64,000 nucleotides of DNA from Octopus sinensis (lineage: Eukaryota). The stretch covers positions 66,712,001 to 66,776,000 of the forward strand of contig NC_043008.1 of the NCBI RefSeq assembly GCF_006345805.1. Direction: 5' to 3'. Shown one piece after another: positions 24,922 to 37,194 of the stretch. Within the stretch, counting starts at the first letter, position 1; every line of letters begins with the position of its first letter. The translations under genes and the position numbers were made by a program. The notes under the pieces are model-generated. The model made no database searches and was not told the DNA's origin. It saw only the letters and a program-made list of their open reading frames with translations.

Positions 24922-25586
24922 CTGCAAGAAAGAAGAAAAAAAGGAAGAAATCATAAGAATTTCATCAAACACAGACATGGATGTGTGGTATGGTAAGAAG
25001 TTTGCATCTCAACTGCATGGTTCTAGGTTCAGTCCCACTGCATGGTACCTTGGGCAAGTGTCTTCTATTATAGCCCTGGACTAACCAAAGCCTTGCAAGT
25101 GGTTTTGGTAGATGGAAACTGAAAGAAGCCTTTTGTAACCAAGTACAACCTGTTGCATGGTCAGCAACTAAACTGGTAACTGCATGGTGAAGGAACTCAG
25201 TAGTGTCAACAGCCATGCATTATAGTCATAAGTAGATGCTGCTCACCAGTCATTGTGAAGACAGTCCAGCTAAGAGAAGGAACCCTCTGGAATAAAAAAA
25301 GCTGTTCTGTGATGAATTGCAACCAGCTGATACTATTTTACACAGGAAGAATTGTGACATGAAGATGCCATAGTTTCATCTACAGAGAGCTGATAGTGAT
25401 AAGATAAAGATTATTCTTTAACCCTTTTTGATACCAACCTGCCCAAGAGCAACCCTGGTTTAATGATACAAACTCCTTGTTTTAAAATGATCTAAATGAA
25501 AAACTTAAATTAAAATTTCATTTTCCCTGAAATTACTAGCCTGGTACCAAAATTTGAAATGAACACACACACACACACATACATAC

Positions 25587-25750
25587 AGGTGCAGACATGG
25601 CTATGTGGTAAGAAGCTTGCTTCCCAACCACATGGTTCTGGGTTCAGTCCCACTGTGTGGCACCTTTGGGAAGTGTCTTCTGCCATAGCCTTGTGCTAAC
25701 CAAAACCTTGTGAGTGGATTTGGTAGATGCAAACTGGAAGAAGCTCATCG

Positions 25751-25797
<47 letters not shown>

Positions 25798-26225
25798 ATG
25801 TCCATGTTTGTCCCCCCACCATCACTTGGCAACTGATGTTGGTGTGTTTACATCCCTGTTACTTAGTGATTCGGCAAAAGAGACCGATAGAATAAGTATT
25901 AGGCTTACAAAGAATAAGTCCTGGGGTCAATTAGTTTGACTAAAACCCTTCAAGGCAGTGCCCCAGCATGGCTGCAGTCAAATGACTGAAACATGTAAGA
26001 GAATAAAAGAATATGTGTGCGTGTGTTGTGTCTTTGTGGTTGTGTTTGTCTCCCACACCTCTTGACAACTGGTGTTGGTTTGTTTACATCCCTGTAACAT
26101 AGAATAAGTACCAGGCTTTAAAAAAAAAGTCTTACAGATGATTCATTTGACTAAAACCCTTCAAGGCAGTGCCCCAGCATGCTCACAGTCCAATGATAGA
26201 AACAAGTAAAAGATGAAAAATAAAA
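25587..26225 (+). mobile_element. SINE family B plus a second partial tail
   Basis: Head 25587-25750, (TA)/(TG) core, tail to ~26010, then a repeated tail to ~26225. Confidence 0.8.
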
Positions 26226-26852
26226 CAAGAACAGGTGGAGACCAAAATAAATGGTAGGAAACTTAATTGAATTCTTTGTTGTTACAAGGAACTCCAGGCA
26301 CCATTTTCTTTTTCTTTCTGAGTCTAGATTTTCTTGCTGTTAACCTTGTTTCTCAAATTTAATGGATAATATTATGGGAGTGATAACTATTGGAATGTCT
26401 AATTTATTTCTCTTAGTCTGTTTTCGACTGTCCTGAAGTTATAAATCTTGAATTTTGCCTCATGTTTATAATAATGAGTGATTATCTTGGAAGGTGGTAA
26501 ATATTTACTTCTTTTATTGTGAGCCAGCTAGACGAAAATAGATAGAAATCTTGACCTACCTAATTATATCTAAAGAAGGAAAAAAAGCCAATAAAATAAT
26601 GTTGAACAGGAGGGAAGTTTATAGCCAAATCTTGACAAAAACCAAAAGGAACAAAATTTTGGAAGAGAAATGAAAAAAAAATTCAAACAAATAAATTATT
26701 TTTTGCAAATCAAAAAGGGAAATTTGACTGCTATTTCTAACAGGTTAAGTGACTGCATGGAGGCTACTTTGTCGATGAGAGAAACTAACCTTGGCTGTGA
26801 TAAGGGAGATCAAGATTTGATTTAGTAATAGAGAACACAAGCAGGTTTAGTT

Positions 26853-27407
26853 GGTTAACATGCAGTTTAACATAAAAAAAGTGAAAGTAAATCGTTTAAA
26901 AAAATGAAAGTAAACTGCGACAGAAACTGTAAGTGATGACAGTCTCTTACTCGCATGTACACTAGCTGAATCATTATTGGTAGCATCAAATGGCTCGTCT
27001 TCAAAAATAGAACTGGCTTGTATATTTCAAGTGACTCCACAGAAATGCCACCATTTTCCTTTAGCTCATTAACTGTGCAGAATTATTGCAATGCTCATAT
27101 ATAGCTGTGTTGGTTATAATGCATCAACATGCAAGCCACCAAATTGTCTTCCCAATTGTGTCCATTGCTGGGTATAGCACATTGGAATGGTGTACCTCAG
27201 TTGCTATTTGTGAAATACTTCAAATATATCACTAGAATATGCTATAGATGTAAATGCCTGTGGACATAGCATTGTTCTTTGTGTCATTTTTATGAAATTT
27301 TGGCACGTCACTATCTTCACGGCTAGTTTTTATCACAATTTACTTTCATATTTTTTAGGACAATTTACTTTCACCTTTTTTTTACAATGCTAAACTGCAT
27401 GCTAACC
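26853..27407. mobile_element. Unclassified non-autonomous TIR element with subterminal repeats
   Basis: Left GGTTAACATGCAGTTTAACAT..AAAAAAAGTGAAAGTAAATCG versus right-end reverse complement GGTTAGCATGCAGTTTAGCATTGTAAAAAAAAGGTGAAAGTAAATTG. The TGAAAGTAAA motif is doubled at each end. Confidence 0.6.
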
Positions 27408-27780
27408 TGTTTAGTTCAGTATTATAATGGTGGAACAACACTATTCTGTAAGGTTGCCTTCTTTTGTTAAGCATCAACACAAACTTTCATAAACTTGTAT
27501 TTCTATGGAGAATTACAGATATTGATCTGCCGTATAATACCTTAAAGACACACATAAAACACACACACACATTCACACACAAATAGAACACATGCACACA
27601 CACAAAGTACATGCACATACAACACACAGACAAAACATACACACAATGCACATGCACACATACACAAAAACTGTGCACATATACACACAAAATAGATGCA
27701 TTACACAAAACATGTGCAGACACGTGTGCACACACACACAAAACATGCACACACACACACACATCACACACACACACACA

Positions 27781-27824
<44 letters not shown>

Positions 27825-28009
27825 TCACACACAAATAGAACACATGCACACACACACACACACATCACACACACACACACACACACACCACACACACACA
27901 CAACAACAACATCAACAACAACAAATATAAAATAACAGTAGAAGGAAACGTCTTTGTGTAAGAGACTCATGTAAAAGAAAGAAAAAATGGAATTTCTTGA
28001 AAATCTCAC

Positions 28010-28184
28010 TTTGGCAATAACGTCTCCCTAGAAACGATACGAAACTTCTACGGAACGATTGGAAGTCTTCGGATACAGAGTAACACCGAGCCAGTTCTTC
28101 CTGGAAACTCTGTGGATGTGTTACGTCATCGTTCTCTGGTTCCTTCTCTTCAATCTTTGTGAGATGTAGAATGAATGACGTCAT
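28010..28184 (-). CDS. First coding exon (A) of the four-TM membrane protein; the exon extends to the acceptor at 28232
   Basis: Acceptor TTTATTTTCCAG at 28233, then 48 nt before the ATG; an in-frame TGA upstream marks that stretch as UTR. Reads MTSFILHLTKIEEKEPENDDVTHPQSFQEELARCYSVSEDFQSFRRSFVSFLGRRYCQ, donor A|GTGAGA (phase 1). CpG-rich relative to the flanks. Confidence 0.8.
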
Positions 28185-28316
28185 CGGCTTGTAGGGCCTG
28201 CACCGCCTTTCAAATCATCCGGCGTGGTTTCTCTGGAAAATAAAGTTATTTACAGATTTATAAAAGTTGTTTTGAATTTAGGAAAAAAAAAAAAAATTTA
28301 CAATACTAATCATTAT

Positions 28317-28504
28317 AGGTGCAGGCGTGGCTGTGTGGTAAGAAGGTTGCTTCCCAACCACATGGCTCTGGGTTCAGTTGCACTGTGTGGCACCTTGGGC
28401 AAGTGTCTTCTACTATAGCCTCAGGCCAAACAAAATCTTGTGAGTGGATTTGGTAGATGGAAACTGAAAGAAGCCTATCATATATGTATATGTGTGTGTG
28501 TGTA

Positions 28505-28536
<32 letters not shown>

Positions 28537-28541
28537 TGTGT

Positions 28542-28581
<40 letters not shown>

Positions 28582-28785
28582 TGTGCTCCCTATCACCACT
28601 TGACAACTAGTGTTGGTATAATTACATCCCCGTAACTTAGCGGTTTGGCAAAAGAACTGGTAGAATAAGTACTAAGCTTACAAAGAATAAGTTGTAGGAT
28701 CAATTTCTTTGACTAAAAACCCCTTTATGGCAATGCTCCAGCATGACCGCAGTCAAATGACTGAAACAAGTAACAGATTAAAAGT
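28317..28785 (+). mobile_element. SINE family B
   Basis: Complete head, (TG)n core and tail. Further copies at 29830-30197(-), 40358-40757, 45130-45780, 46158-46870, 52905-53208(-), 55277-55706, 61486-61650 and 63085-63493(-). Confidence 0.85.
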
Positions 28786-29778
28786 ATTTCAAAATATTTC
28801 ATATTTTGGCACAAGGCCTGCAATATCAGGTATGGGAGTAAGTTGATTATATCAACCCCAGTGCTCAACTGGTACTTATTTTATCAACCCTGAAACGATG
28901 ACAGGCAAAGTCATCCTCAGTGGAATTTGAACTCAGAACATAAAGATGGACAAAACACTGCTAAACAGTGTGATTCTACTCGCTCACTGCCTTAAATCTT
29001 TTTGAAATATTGGACTCAGAGCCATATATTTGGCTCAAGAGAAGAAGTAATTGATTATATTAATCTTATTGTATTACAGGTATTTATCCACTTTTAAACT
29101 AAATGTCACAAGATATTATATCTGGCACCTTTCTCTTTCCAACTGTTAGAAAGCCAGAATTCTGGCAGGATGGAAACCTCTATTGAATTAGCTTCAGTAA
29201 GGAAGAGAGGCAATGCTAATCTCAGCAGAACTTGAACTTGATGAAAGGAACCAGAATGAATACCACAAGGCATTTTGTCCAATGATCTGCTGACCCATAG
29301 TACCTCTGCTTTTGACAATAATAAATACTAACAGTAAGATGTGAGCTGGCAAAATCGTTAGCATGCTGGGCAAAATGTTTAGTGTCTTTTCGTCTGTCTT
29401 TACCTTCTTGCATTCAAATTCTGCTGAGGTCGACTTGCCTTTCATCCATTTGGGGTTGATAAAATAAGTGCCAGTTTATTACTGGGGTTAATATAATCGA
29501 CTTATCCTCTTCCTCTGAAATTACTGGCCTTGTGCCAAAATTTTAAGCCAATAAACTGTTGTACAGAATGTTGGACAGACCTCAATATTTGGTTGGTAGT
29601 AATTTTATTGAATGTTATAAAAATCTGTAATGGAATATTTTAAGACAATAATTCTTCTGAATCTTCAGAGATGTATTTGTCTGACAAAGTGATTTGACTT
29701 GAGGCTATGTGATGAAACGAAAGTAATGGTAGCATGGGAGACATTTAATAGCTATTAAAAACACATACACACATTTAA

Positions 29779-29987
29779 CCCTTTTGCATCAAAACTATTC
29801 TATCAAATGTAAGGTTTATTTATCTTTAATCTTTTACTTGTTTCAGACTGCGGCCATGCTGGAGCACCATCTGAATTGACCCAATACTTATTTCTTATAA
29901 ACCTGCTATTTAATCTGTCAGTCTCTTTTGATGAACACTCTAGTACCAGTTGTCAAGCGGTGATAGGGGTATAAACACAAACACACA

Positions 29988-30044
<57 letters not shown>

Positions 30045-30340
30045 TGAGCTTCTTCCAGTTTCTGTCTATCAAATCCACTCACAAGGTTTTGGTCAGCCCA
30101 AGGCTATAATAGAAGAAACTTGCCCAAGGTGCCACACAGTGGGACTGAACCCAGAACCATGTGGTTGGGAAGCAAGCTTCTTACCACACAGCCAACCCTG
30201 ATTTGGATCAGTCATATAGCGATGTGATTACTTATTTTTAGGACATTGTAGGTGAAGTGTGAGATGATGAATCTGGCTGGTTTGACCATAACACAGGTAG
30301 AATATTTGAGCTGGAGATGTCCGGTGTGAATGCTAAGGGG
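29779..30340. mobile_element. piggyBac-type MITE interrupted by a family B SINE
   Basis: TTAA|CCCTTTTGCATC ... GAATGCTAAGGGG|TTAA, with the SINE at ~29830-30197 inside. Confidence 0.65.
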
Positions 30341-31385
30341 TTAATCAGTTATTATTTTGGTGTGAGTGACCAGGTCAAAGTTTGTGCAGTGAAGATATTG
30401 ACACCAAATGATAAATGATTGAACAAAGTTAATTGTTTTCGTTGTTCATTTTCCTTCTTTAGTATTTCTTGTGGTCTTCTAACCAATTCTGCTATCCACT
30501 ACCCTGTGTTTGTGTGTGTGCGTGTGTGTGTGTGTGTGAGTATGTGAGTGCATGTGTTTGTGAATTATGTAAATGAGTTTGTGTGTGTGTGTGTGTGAAA
30601 GAGAGAGAAGAGAGACTACTTGATCATTCCTCTATTTCATTTTATTTTCTCTGTACACTTAGTTTTGTTTTTTTCTCTTATCTTTTACTTATTACAGTCA
30701 TTTGACTATGGCTATACTGGGTAACAAATCACCTTGAAGGATGTAGTTAATGAAATAATTCCTAGTACCTACTAAGTCTGGTACTTACTTTTATTCTTAT
30801 TTCTTTATTGCCCACAAGGTGCTAAACATAGAGGGGACAAACAAGGACAGACAAAGGAATTAAGTTGATTACATCGACCCCAGTACGTAACTGGTACTTA
30901 ATTTATTGACCCCGAGAGGATGAAAGGTAAAGTCGACCTCGGCAGAATTTGAACTCAGAACGTAACGGCAGACAAAATACTGCTAAGCAATTCGCCTGGC
31001 ATGCTAATGTTTCTACCAGCTCGCCGCCTGTATCAATATCAGTGGCATCAATATCTTTCTGTCACTGTTTTGCTATACCAGTAGGAATGGATTTTATCTT
31101 GGTGGGAAGTTACTAGCATGTACACGCTATTGATGAAGACCAAAGATGCAGAAATGAACATCTAACATTTCTGCCACTACTGGTGGATGACTTTGTCTGT
31201 TCCAGATAGATTTTTGTGCTATTTAACACAATGTGTCCAGAAGAGATATTATCTCTAGATGAATCCTGCAATTGATTTGGCTTCCTTGATGTATTTGCTT
31301 TAAGTATGATACACAGATTGCTAATTTAATGCTGCTTCTGTTACACATGATATGTACATCACACATACACATACACACACACACA

Positions 31386-31927
31386 TATTGGGTCATCTCA
31401 TAAATAATGCAGCTTTTCCAATTGTATGAACTAATGGTGGGAAGGGGATGGAATAAACTATCTGCATCAACTTACTAGAAAAGCAGATAGTAATTTTACC
31501 TTGTACTTATTCTTAGTGCAGGTTTTGAAGAGTGCAGTTTGATTTTAACAGTTATTTTTTCAAAGCTATAATGGAAGTGACAAAGGAGCATATTTGGCAT
31601 ATTTTGCTTTATGAGTTCAATAAAGGCAACAACACAATGGAAAAGTGTGAGGAATATTAATGCAGTATATGGGGATTGGACAATAAGCATAAGCCAATGT
31701 CAACAGTGGTTGCAGAAATTCTGAGCTGGAAACTACAACCCAGAAAATGAGCTTCATCCTGGAAGATCTGTAGAGCTTGTCAAGGACATCCTGAAAACCC
31801 TGGTGGAACAAAATCCCACCGTAACTGTTGAGAAACTAGGAAAGAAACTTGGATTTGGTCATTCAACCAGTCATCAATGTGTGCCAATGGAAAAATCAGC
31901 AAATTAGGTCAATGGGTTCCTCACAAA
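31386..31927 (+). pseudogene. Mariner element left end and transposase N-terminus
   Basis: TIR-like TATTGGGTCATCTCATAAATAATGC. From 31571 it reads MEVTKEHIWHILLYEFNKGNN..RNINAVYGDWTIS..QWLQKF*AGNY..HPGRS..LVEQNPTVTVEKL..GKISKLGQWVPHK (HTH region and WVPH motif), with frameshifts. Confidence 0.85.
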
Positions 31928-33165
31928 GTGGATGCCCAGATGATGACCAGTATGGAGAAGAGGGTCTGGAAGCTTAAGGATCCTGTGAATGGACAGAAAT
32001 TTAGAGATGTATTACTCAAAAGCTTTTGATGAAATAGAGGAGGATATAGCATCATATGATGTGGAATACAACTGGAAGTTCTTACAGGACAACCTGACTG
32101 ACCAGATCTGTGGATGGTGCAAAGTCCCATCTCAACCCAAGGTAATATAGTTGTGGAATAATGTAGTTGACAGGGCCATTAGGGAAAAGAAACAGGCATG
32201 AAAGAACAGTGATAGCAGGGAATTGTATCAGATTGCCAGAAGGGAAGATAGGAGACAGGTTTACTTAGCCAGAGGGGAAGTAAAAAAAATTTGCCAATGT
32301 TCTGCGTCACGAGGACCAAAGACTTGAGGTGTTTTGTGTTGCAAGACAGTGTGTGAGAGAGAATTGTGATGTCATAGGAGAGAAATGTGTCCGCATGGAT
32401 GATGGCTCATTTGCATTTAATGAGGTTGCAAAGAGAGTGACTTAGAAATGCCACTATGAAAGGTTGCTAATTGAAGAGAATACATGGGGGAAAGAGAGTC
32501 TGCCAAATGTCGACCCAACAGCTATCTGAATTGAAAGCACCTTGGTAGATAAAGCAATTAAGTGTATGAAGACAGAGAAAGCCCCCGGCCCATCAGGAAT
32601 CACTGCAGAGATGCTTAAAATATTTGGCAGTGTCAGCTATAGCCTAGTCACCCATATAGTCAATCAAGTGATACACGAAGTAGTTATACCCAATGACTGG
32701 TGTAGCAGCATAATAGTCAACTGCTACAAAGGTAAAGGTAATGCATTAAATACAAATAATTACAGAGGTATAAAGCTGTTGGATCAAGTAATGAAAGTCA
32801 TGGAGAGGGTCATAGCCCAACTAATTAGGGAGAGAATCAGTTTAGACGAGATGCAGTTTGAGTTTGTGCCAGGGAAAAGCACCACTGATGCTACATTTCT
32901 GGTAAGACAGCTGCAGGAGAAATACCTCGCCAAAGATAAACCTCTGTACCTGGCTTTCGTTGACATGGAGAAAAATGAGTTTAAAGGGATATATAATCCT
33001 GGTGGTTACAGTGTTTCCCCTTGAATCGGTTTCAGATGCCAGCGAACCATAATGTTCCTTTATTGATAGCCTAGTGCAGCCTCCTGGCTTCCCAGACCCC
33101 AGTCGAAACGTCCAACCCGTGCTAGCACAGAAAACGAACGTTAAACGATGATGATGATGATGATG
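31928..33165 (+). pseudogene. RTE-clade LINE fragment: linker, RT N-terminal half and 3' (GAT)n tail
   Basis: ORF 32542-33024 contains KAPGPSGITAEMLK, PNDWCSSIIVNCYKGKG, NYRGIKLL, MQFEFVPGKSTTDATFLVRQLQEKYL and AFVDMEK. The upstream linker (WWNNVVDRAIREKK) is decayed. The tail ends GATGATGATG at ~33165. Confidence 0.9.
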
Positions 33166-33260
33166 TGTATATATACCAAAGTAAGCACATAATTGTAAAA
33201 CAAGGTGGGAAAAAATAGTACTCAGATACTGGAGGTAGAGTAGTATCCTTTACTATTATT

Positions 33261-33430
33261 AAAGCTGCAAAAACATCACAAAAAAACTGCTACTCAGAGT
33301 TTCATGTTCCTGTTTGTTGGACAGTTTAGATTGAGATTTAGATTTTCAATCTAAACTCTCAGACGAATGGGAACATGAAACTCTGAGTAGCAGATTTTTT
33401 GTGATATTTTTGTGATGTTTTTGCAGCTTT
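33261..33430. repeat. Foldback whose two arms each carry a degenerate hammerhead-like motif
   Basis: Arms of about 74 and 85 nt around an 11-nt loop (33335-33345). The right arm contains CAGACGA-ATG-GGAA-CAT-GAA-ACTCTGAGT-A. Confidence 0.85.
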
Positions 33431-33442
33431 GATACTAACAAA

Positions 33443-33489
<47 letters not shown>

Positions 33490-34052
33490 CGTTTCAGTCA
33501 TTGGACTGTGGTCATGCTGGAGTATAGCCTTCAAGGGTTTAGTCAAGCAAATAGATCCCATTACTTATTTTTAAAACCTGGTACTTATTCTGTAAATCTG
33601 TTTTGCCAAAATACTAATGTTATAAGGACATGAACAAACCAACACAAGTTGTCAAGCAATGGAGAGGATAAAAAAAAAAAACACAAGACCATCCACCCCA
33701 TTGACGTACATACACACACACACACACACAATGGATGGGATTGTAAATAGCTTCTGTCTATTAAATTCCTTCACAAGTTATTAGTCAGAACAAGGCTATA
33801 CTATAAGACACTTAACCAAGGTGCCACCAAGTGGGACTGAACCAAAAACGATATGGATGCATGGTGAGTTTCTTAATCACACAACTAAGCCTGCATCCAT
33901 TCACAGCCATACCTATCATTAAAACATAAAGAAGATTTATATGAAATCATTTTCCCCGAAAAAAATTTTCCTGTAAAAAATATTTCTGTTGATAAATTAG
34001 CTTGGAGCAGATGTTTCTTTCCCTCTATCATTTATCACGCATGAATATATGC

Positions 34053-34093
<41 letters not shown>

Positions 34094-34466
34094 CATGTAC
34101 TCACATATTTACAAATATGTGCAAATACAAACATATATGTTCATAGACATGCTCGGAGATATACACTCGTACACACACACAAGCATCTACACATATGTAC
34201 ATATACTTGCAAACTCACATGCATATACACATGAAACTCATTATAAATTCCATTTCAACTCAAGATTTTCCACTCAATGTGGTCTTTCAGAAGCTAATGG
34301 GGTGAATCATCAGCCATTTATATATATATATATATCGTCAGTAAATCATAAATCTGAAAGAGAATCACACTCTGTGTTATAGAGCAGCAGAGTATATCAT
34401 CCATAACTGTCTTTATCTAATATATATGTATATTTTTGTATGTATGTGTGTGTGTGTGTGTGTGTG

Positions 34467-34651
<185 letters not shown>

Positions 34652-34850
34652 GTTTATATATATATATATATATCATCATAATCACTTTAATGTCCACTTT
34701 TCTATGCTTGCATGGGTTGAACAGAATTTGTAGAGCTATTTTCCCATAGCTAGGCATGTTTTTCATAGAAGACTGGAAACAAACTACATAACTTGATGAT
34801 GATGATGATGATGATGATGGTGATGATGGTGATGCACACACACCCACACA

Positions 34851-35101
34851 ATGTGCAACATATGGATTTATATAATCCAGTGGTAATCACAAAAAAGCTC
34901 CCTTAGTGGAGCAGGATATATAAGCCACATACTTAACCAATACGTAGGAGTATGACAATGATGCTCATATACAACCATTGCAAGATGCCATGACAAGAGA
35001 AGACATGCACACACACACATATATATCTTTATATATATATATTTATATATATATATCATACCAGCATGGAAGGTGGGCATTAAGTGATGATGATGATGAT
35101 G

Positions 35102-35133
<32 letters not shown>

Positions 35134-35446
35134 CTATATACATAATATATAAAGAAAGTCAGGAGATATGAGATAAATATATTTATTTCACAAGTTGATA
35201 TCCATAGGATATTCATTGATATCTCGTGGATATCAATAGGTGAAATAAATATATCATCTCATACCTCCTGCCATTTTTTTATATTCTATATATTCCTCAT
35301 GAAATAATTTTCAATGATTGGATTTACTGGATTTCATCTGCATAACACTCCTACGTATTGGTTAAGTATGTGGTTTATATCCTGGTCCACTAAAGGAGCT
35401 TTTTTGTGATTACTGCTGGATTATATAAATCCATATTGTGGTACAT
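34851..35446. repeat. ~100-bp inverted repeats enclosing a separate palindromic MITE-like element (35160-35270)
   Basis: 34851-34951 versus the reverse complement of 35347-35446 (roughly 85-90% identical by eye). Inner hairpin CAGGAG..TTGATATCCA../..TGGATATCAA..CTCCTG. Confidence 0.8.
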
Positions 35447-36369
35447 TAAGTGTGTGTGTGTATCACCATCCTCATCCTCCTCATCATCATCAATTAATGT
35501 CTGTTTCCAATGCTAGCATGGGTTGGATGGTTTGACCAGAACAGGCTAGCCGAGGAGCTGCCCAGGGTCCATGTCTGTTTCAGCATGGTTTCTACAACTG
35601 GATGCCCTTCCTAATTCCATCCACTTTACAGAGAGTACTGGCACAGGTGCTTTATATATATATATATATATAATATTATATATATATATATATATATAAT
35701 ATATATATACATATATACATACATATATGTACATACCTACATATATATGTATATATACATGCATATATGGGTACAGGACATCAAAAAAACGTTGATCACA
35801 ATGAGAAACGAAAACATAAAAGCAAAAACATAGAAACAAACTTTTTTTAAAACAACTAAAAAGAAAACAGTGTACAAGACATACAACACAAGAAATATTC
35901 CCCTTCTTCAGTTGTCCCTGTTTCATCTACTCCGCGTTTCGAGAGAAGAAAACAGTAAAAGCAAGCGATGAGGGCTGTTAAGTCAAGACGATGGAAAAAT
36001 TATTCTGAACGTTTGAGGAGACAGCTTATGAAAGAGACAGGATAAGCTGGTCTGGTCTTGGTGAAGATAGCAGTTGGAAAGATGGCTTCCCTCTGATCAC
36101 GTGTCAGTGATGAGAGAGTTGAGGAGGAGGAGAAGGAGTAAGAGAGAGGGAACGGGGAAGGGGAGAGGAGAAGAACAGGGAAGGGTGGGAGAGAAAACCA
36201 GAAAGGATGAAGAACAAGAGAGGGAGAGAGATAGACAAGGAGAAGAGTGTGCATCATAATTATTAAGATAAAACTTACTTGGAAAAGGATGCATGGCGTT
36301 CGATCATATAATAATTTAAATAATATATAAATATATGCATATGCATACATATATGTACATACCTACATA

Positions 36370-36427
<58 letters not shown>

Positions 36428-36479
36428 TATATACTAAGTTGCTATGTACTATATAGCCAATTATATATACATATATATA

Positions 36480-36745
36480 TATATACTAAGTTGGCTAGCT
36501 ATGTATGGGCTTTGAAAGATAATAAAACACTGAATGTGAATAAATGGAAAGTAATTGAGAAATCCATACCTTATGTGAATGGATTGAATAAATGTAGACT
36601 TTGTTTAGCTGAAAGAACACAGATCCTGTTCAGATCTAAGATTCCTAAATCTCTAGTGAACTCTAGGTCAGAAATTTTCAGTGGTTGCAAGCAAATATAT
36701 AAATATATTTTAAAGGACTGGAAAATTCCACCTATTCCTGACTAA
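36480..36745 (+). pseudogene. 5'-truncated Penelope-like element, GIY-YIG C-terminus, abutting (TA)n
   Basis: TKLASYVWALKDNKTLNVNKWKVIEKSIPYVNGLNKCRLCLAERTQILFRSKIPKSLVNSRSEIFSGCKQIYKYILKDWK*, followed by a pyrimidine-rich 3' region. Confidence 0.85.
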
Positions 36746-36944
36746 TTTGATATCTTTCCAGCCTTATCATTTAAAGTCTAAGAAGGATAGCACTTTTACC
36801 TTTTTACCTTTTATTTTTTTATATTAGAGTTTGTGTTTATATTTTCTGCTTTTGACATTCTGCATTTTGTATATGCTGCCTTATCAGTTCTTCTGCGTTT
36901 CTTCTATTATTGAATTTTTTTAGTCCATTATATGTGGTTTGTGC

Positions 36945-36990
36945 CTGAAGAATATGCTTGAGTATTTCTCAACATATGAAACTATTAGTA
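36945..36990 (+). ncRNA. Minimal type-I hammerhead ribozyme-like motif in the PLE 3' region
   Basis: CTGAAGA, 10-bp stem II (ATATG-c-TTGAG/CTCAA-CATAT), GAA, palindromic stem III ACTA-T-TAGT, H=A. Stem I is imperfect. Confidence 0.65.
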
Positions 36991-37194
36991 AAGCTTAAAT
37001 ACATGTGTTGTGCCCTTTAGATAAATATTTATCTCTCACCAATTGGAGTACTTTTTTTGTTGAATTTTCTATCACAGAACAGTACATTATATGTTGTGTG
37101 TGTGTATGTGGTGTGTGTGTGTAAATTCATATGTTAAATATATATACTGACAGTCAGCATTTAGCCAAACTATCCAGCGATGGAGTAGTCACTA

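Noticed and set aside
29150-29196. Plus-strand 47-nt exon candidate
   Set aside because: No supporting neighbours or homology.
34270-34312. Minus-strand CTGATGA..GAAA
   Set aside because: Stem II cannot close next to the core and there is no GUH/stem I.
35890-35945. Minus-strand GAAACGCG..CTGAAGA in a PLE-like tail (35770-36310)
   Set aside because: The elements are in the wrong order, or GAAA is missing after stem II; at best a destroyed motif.
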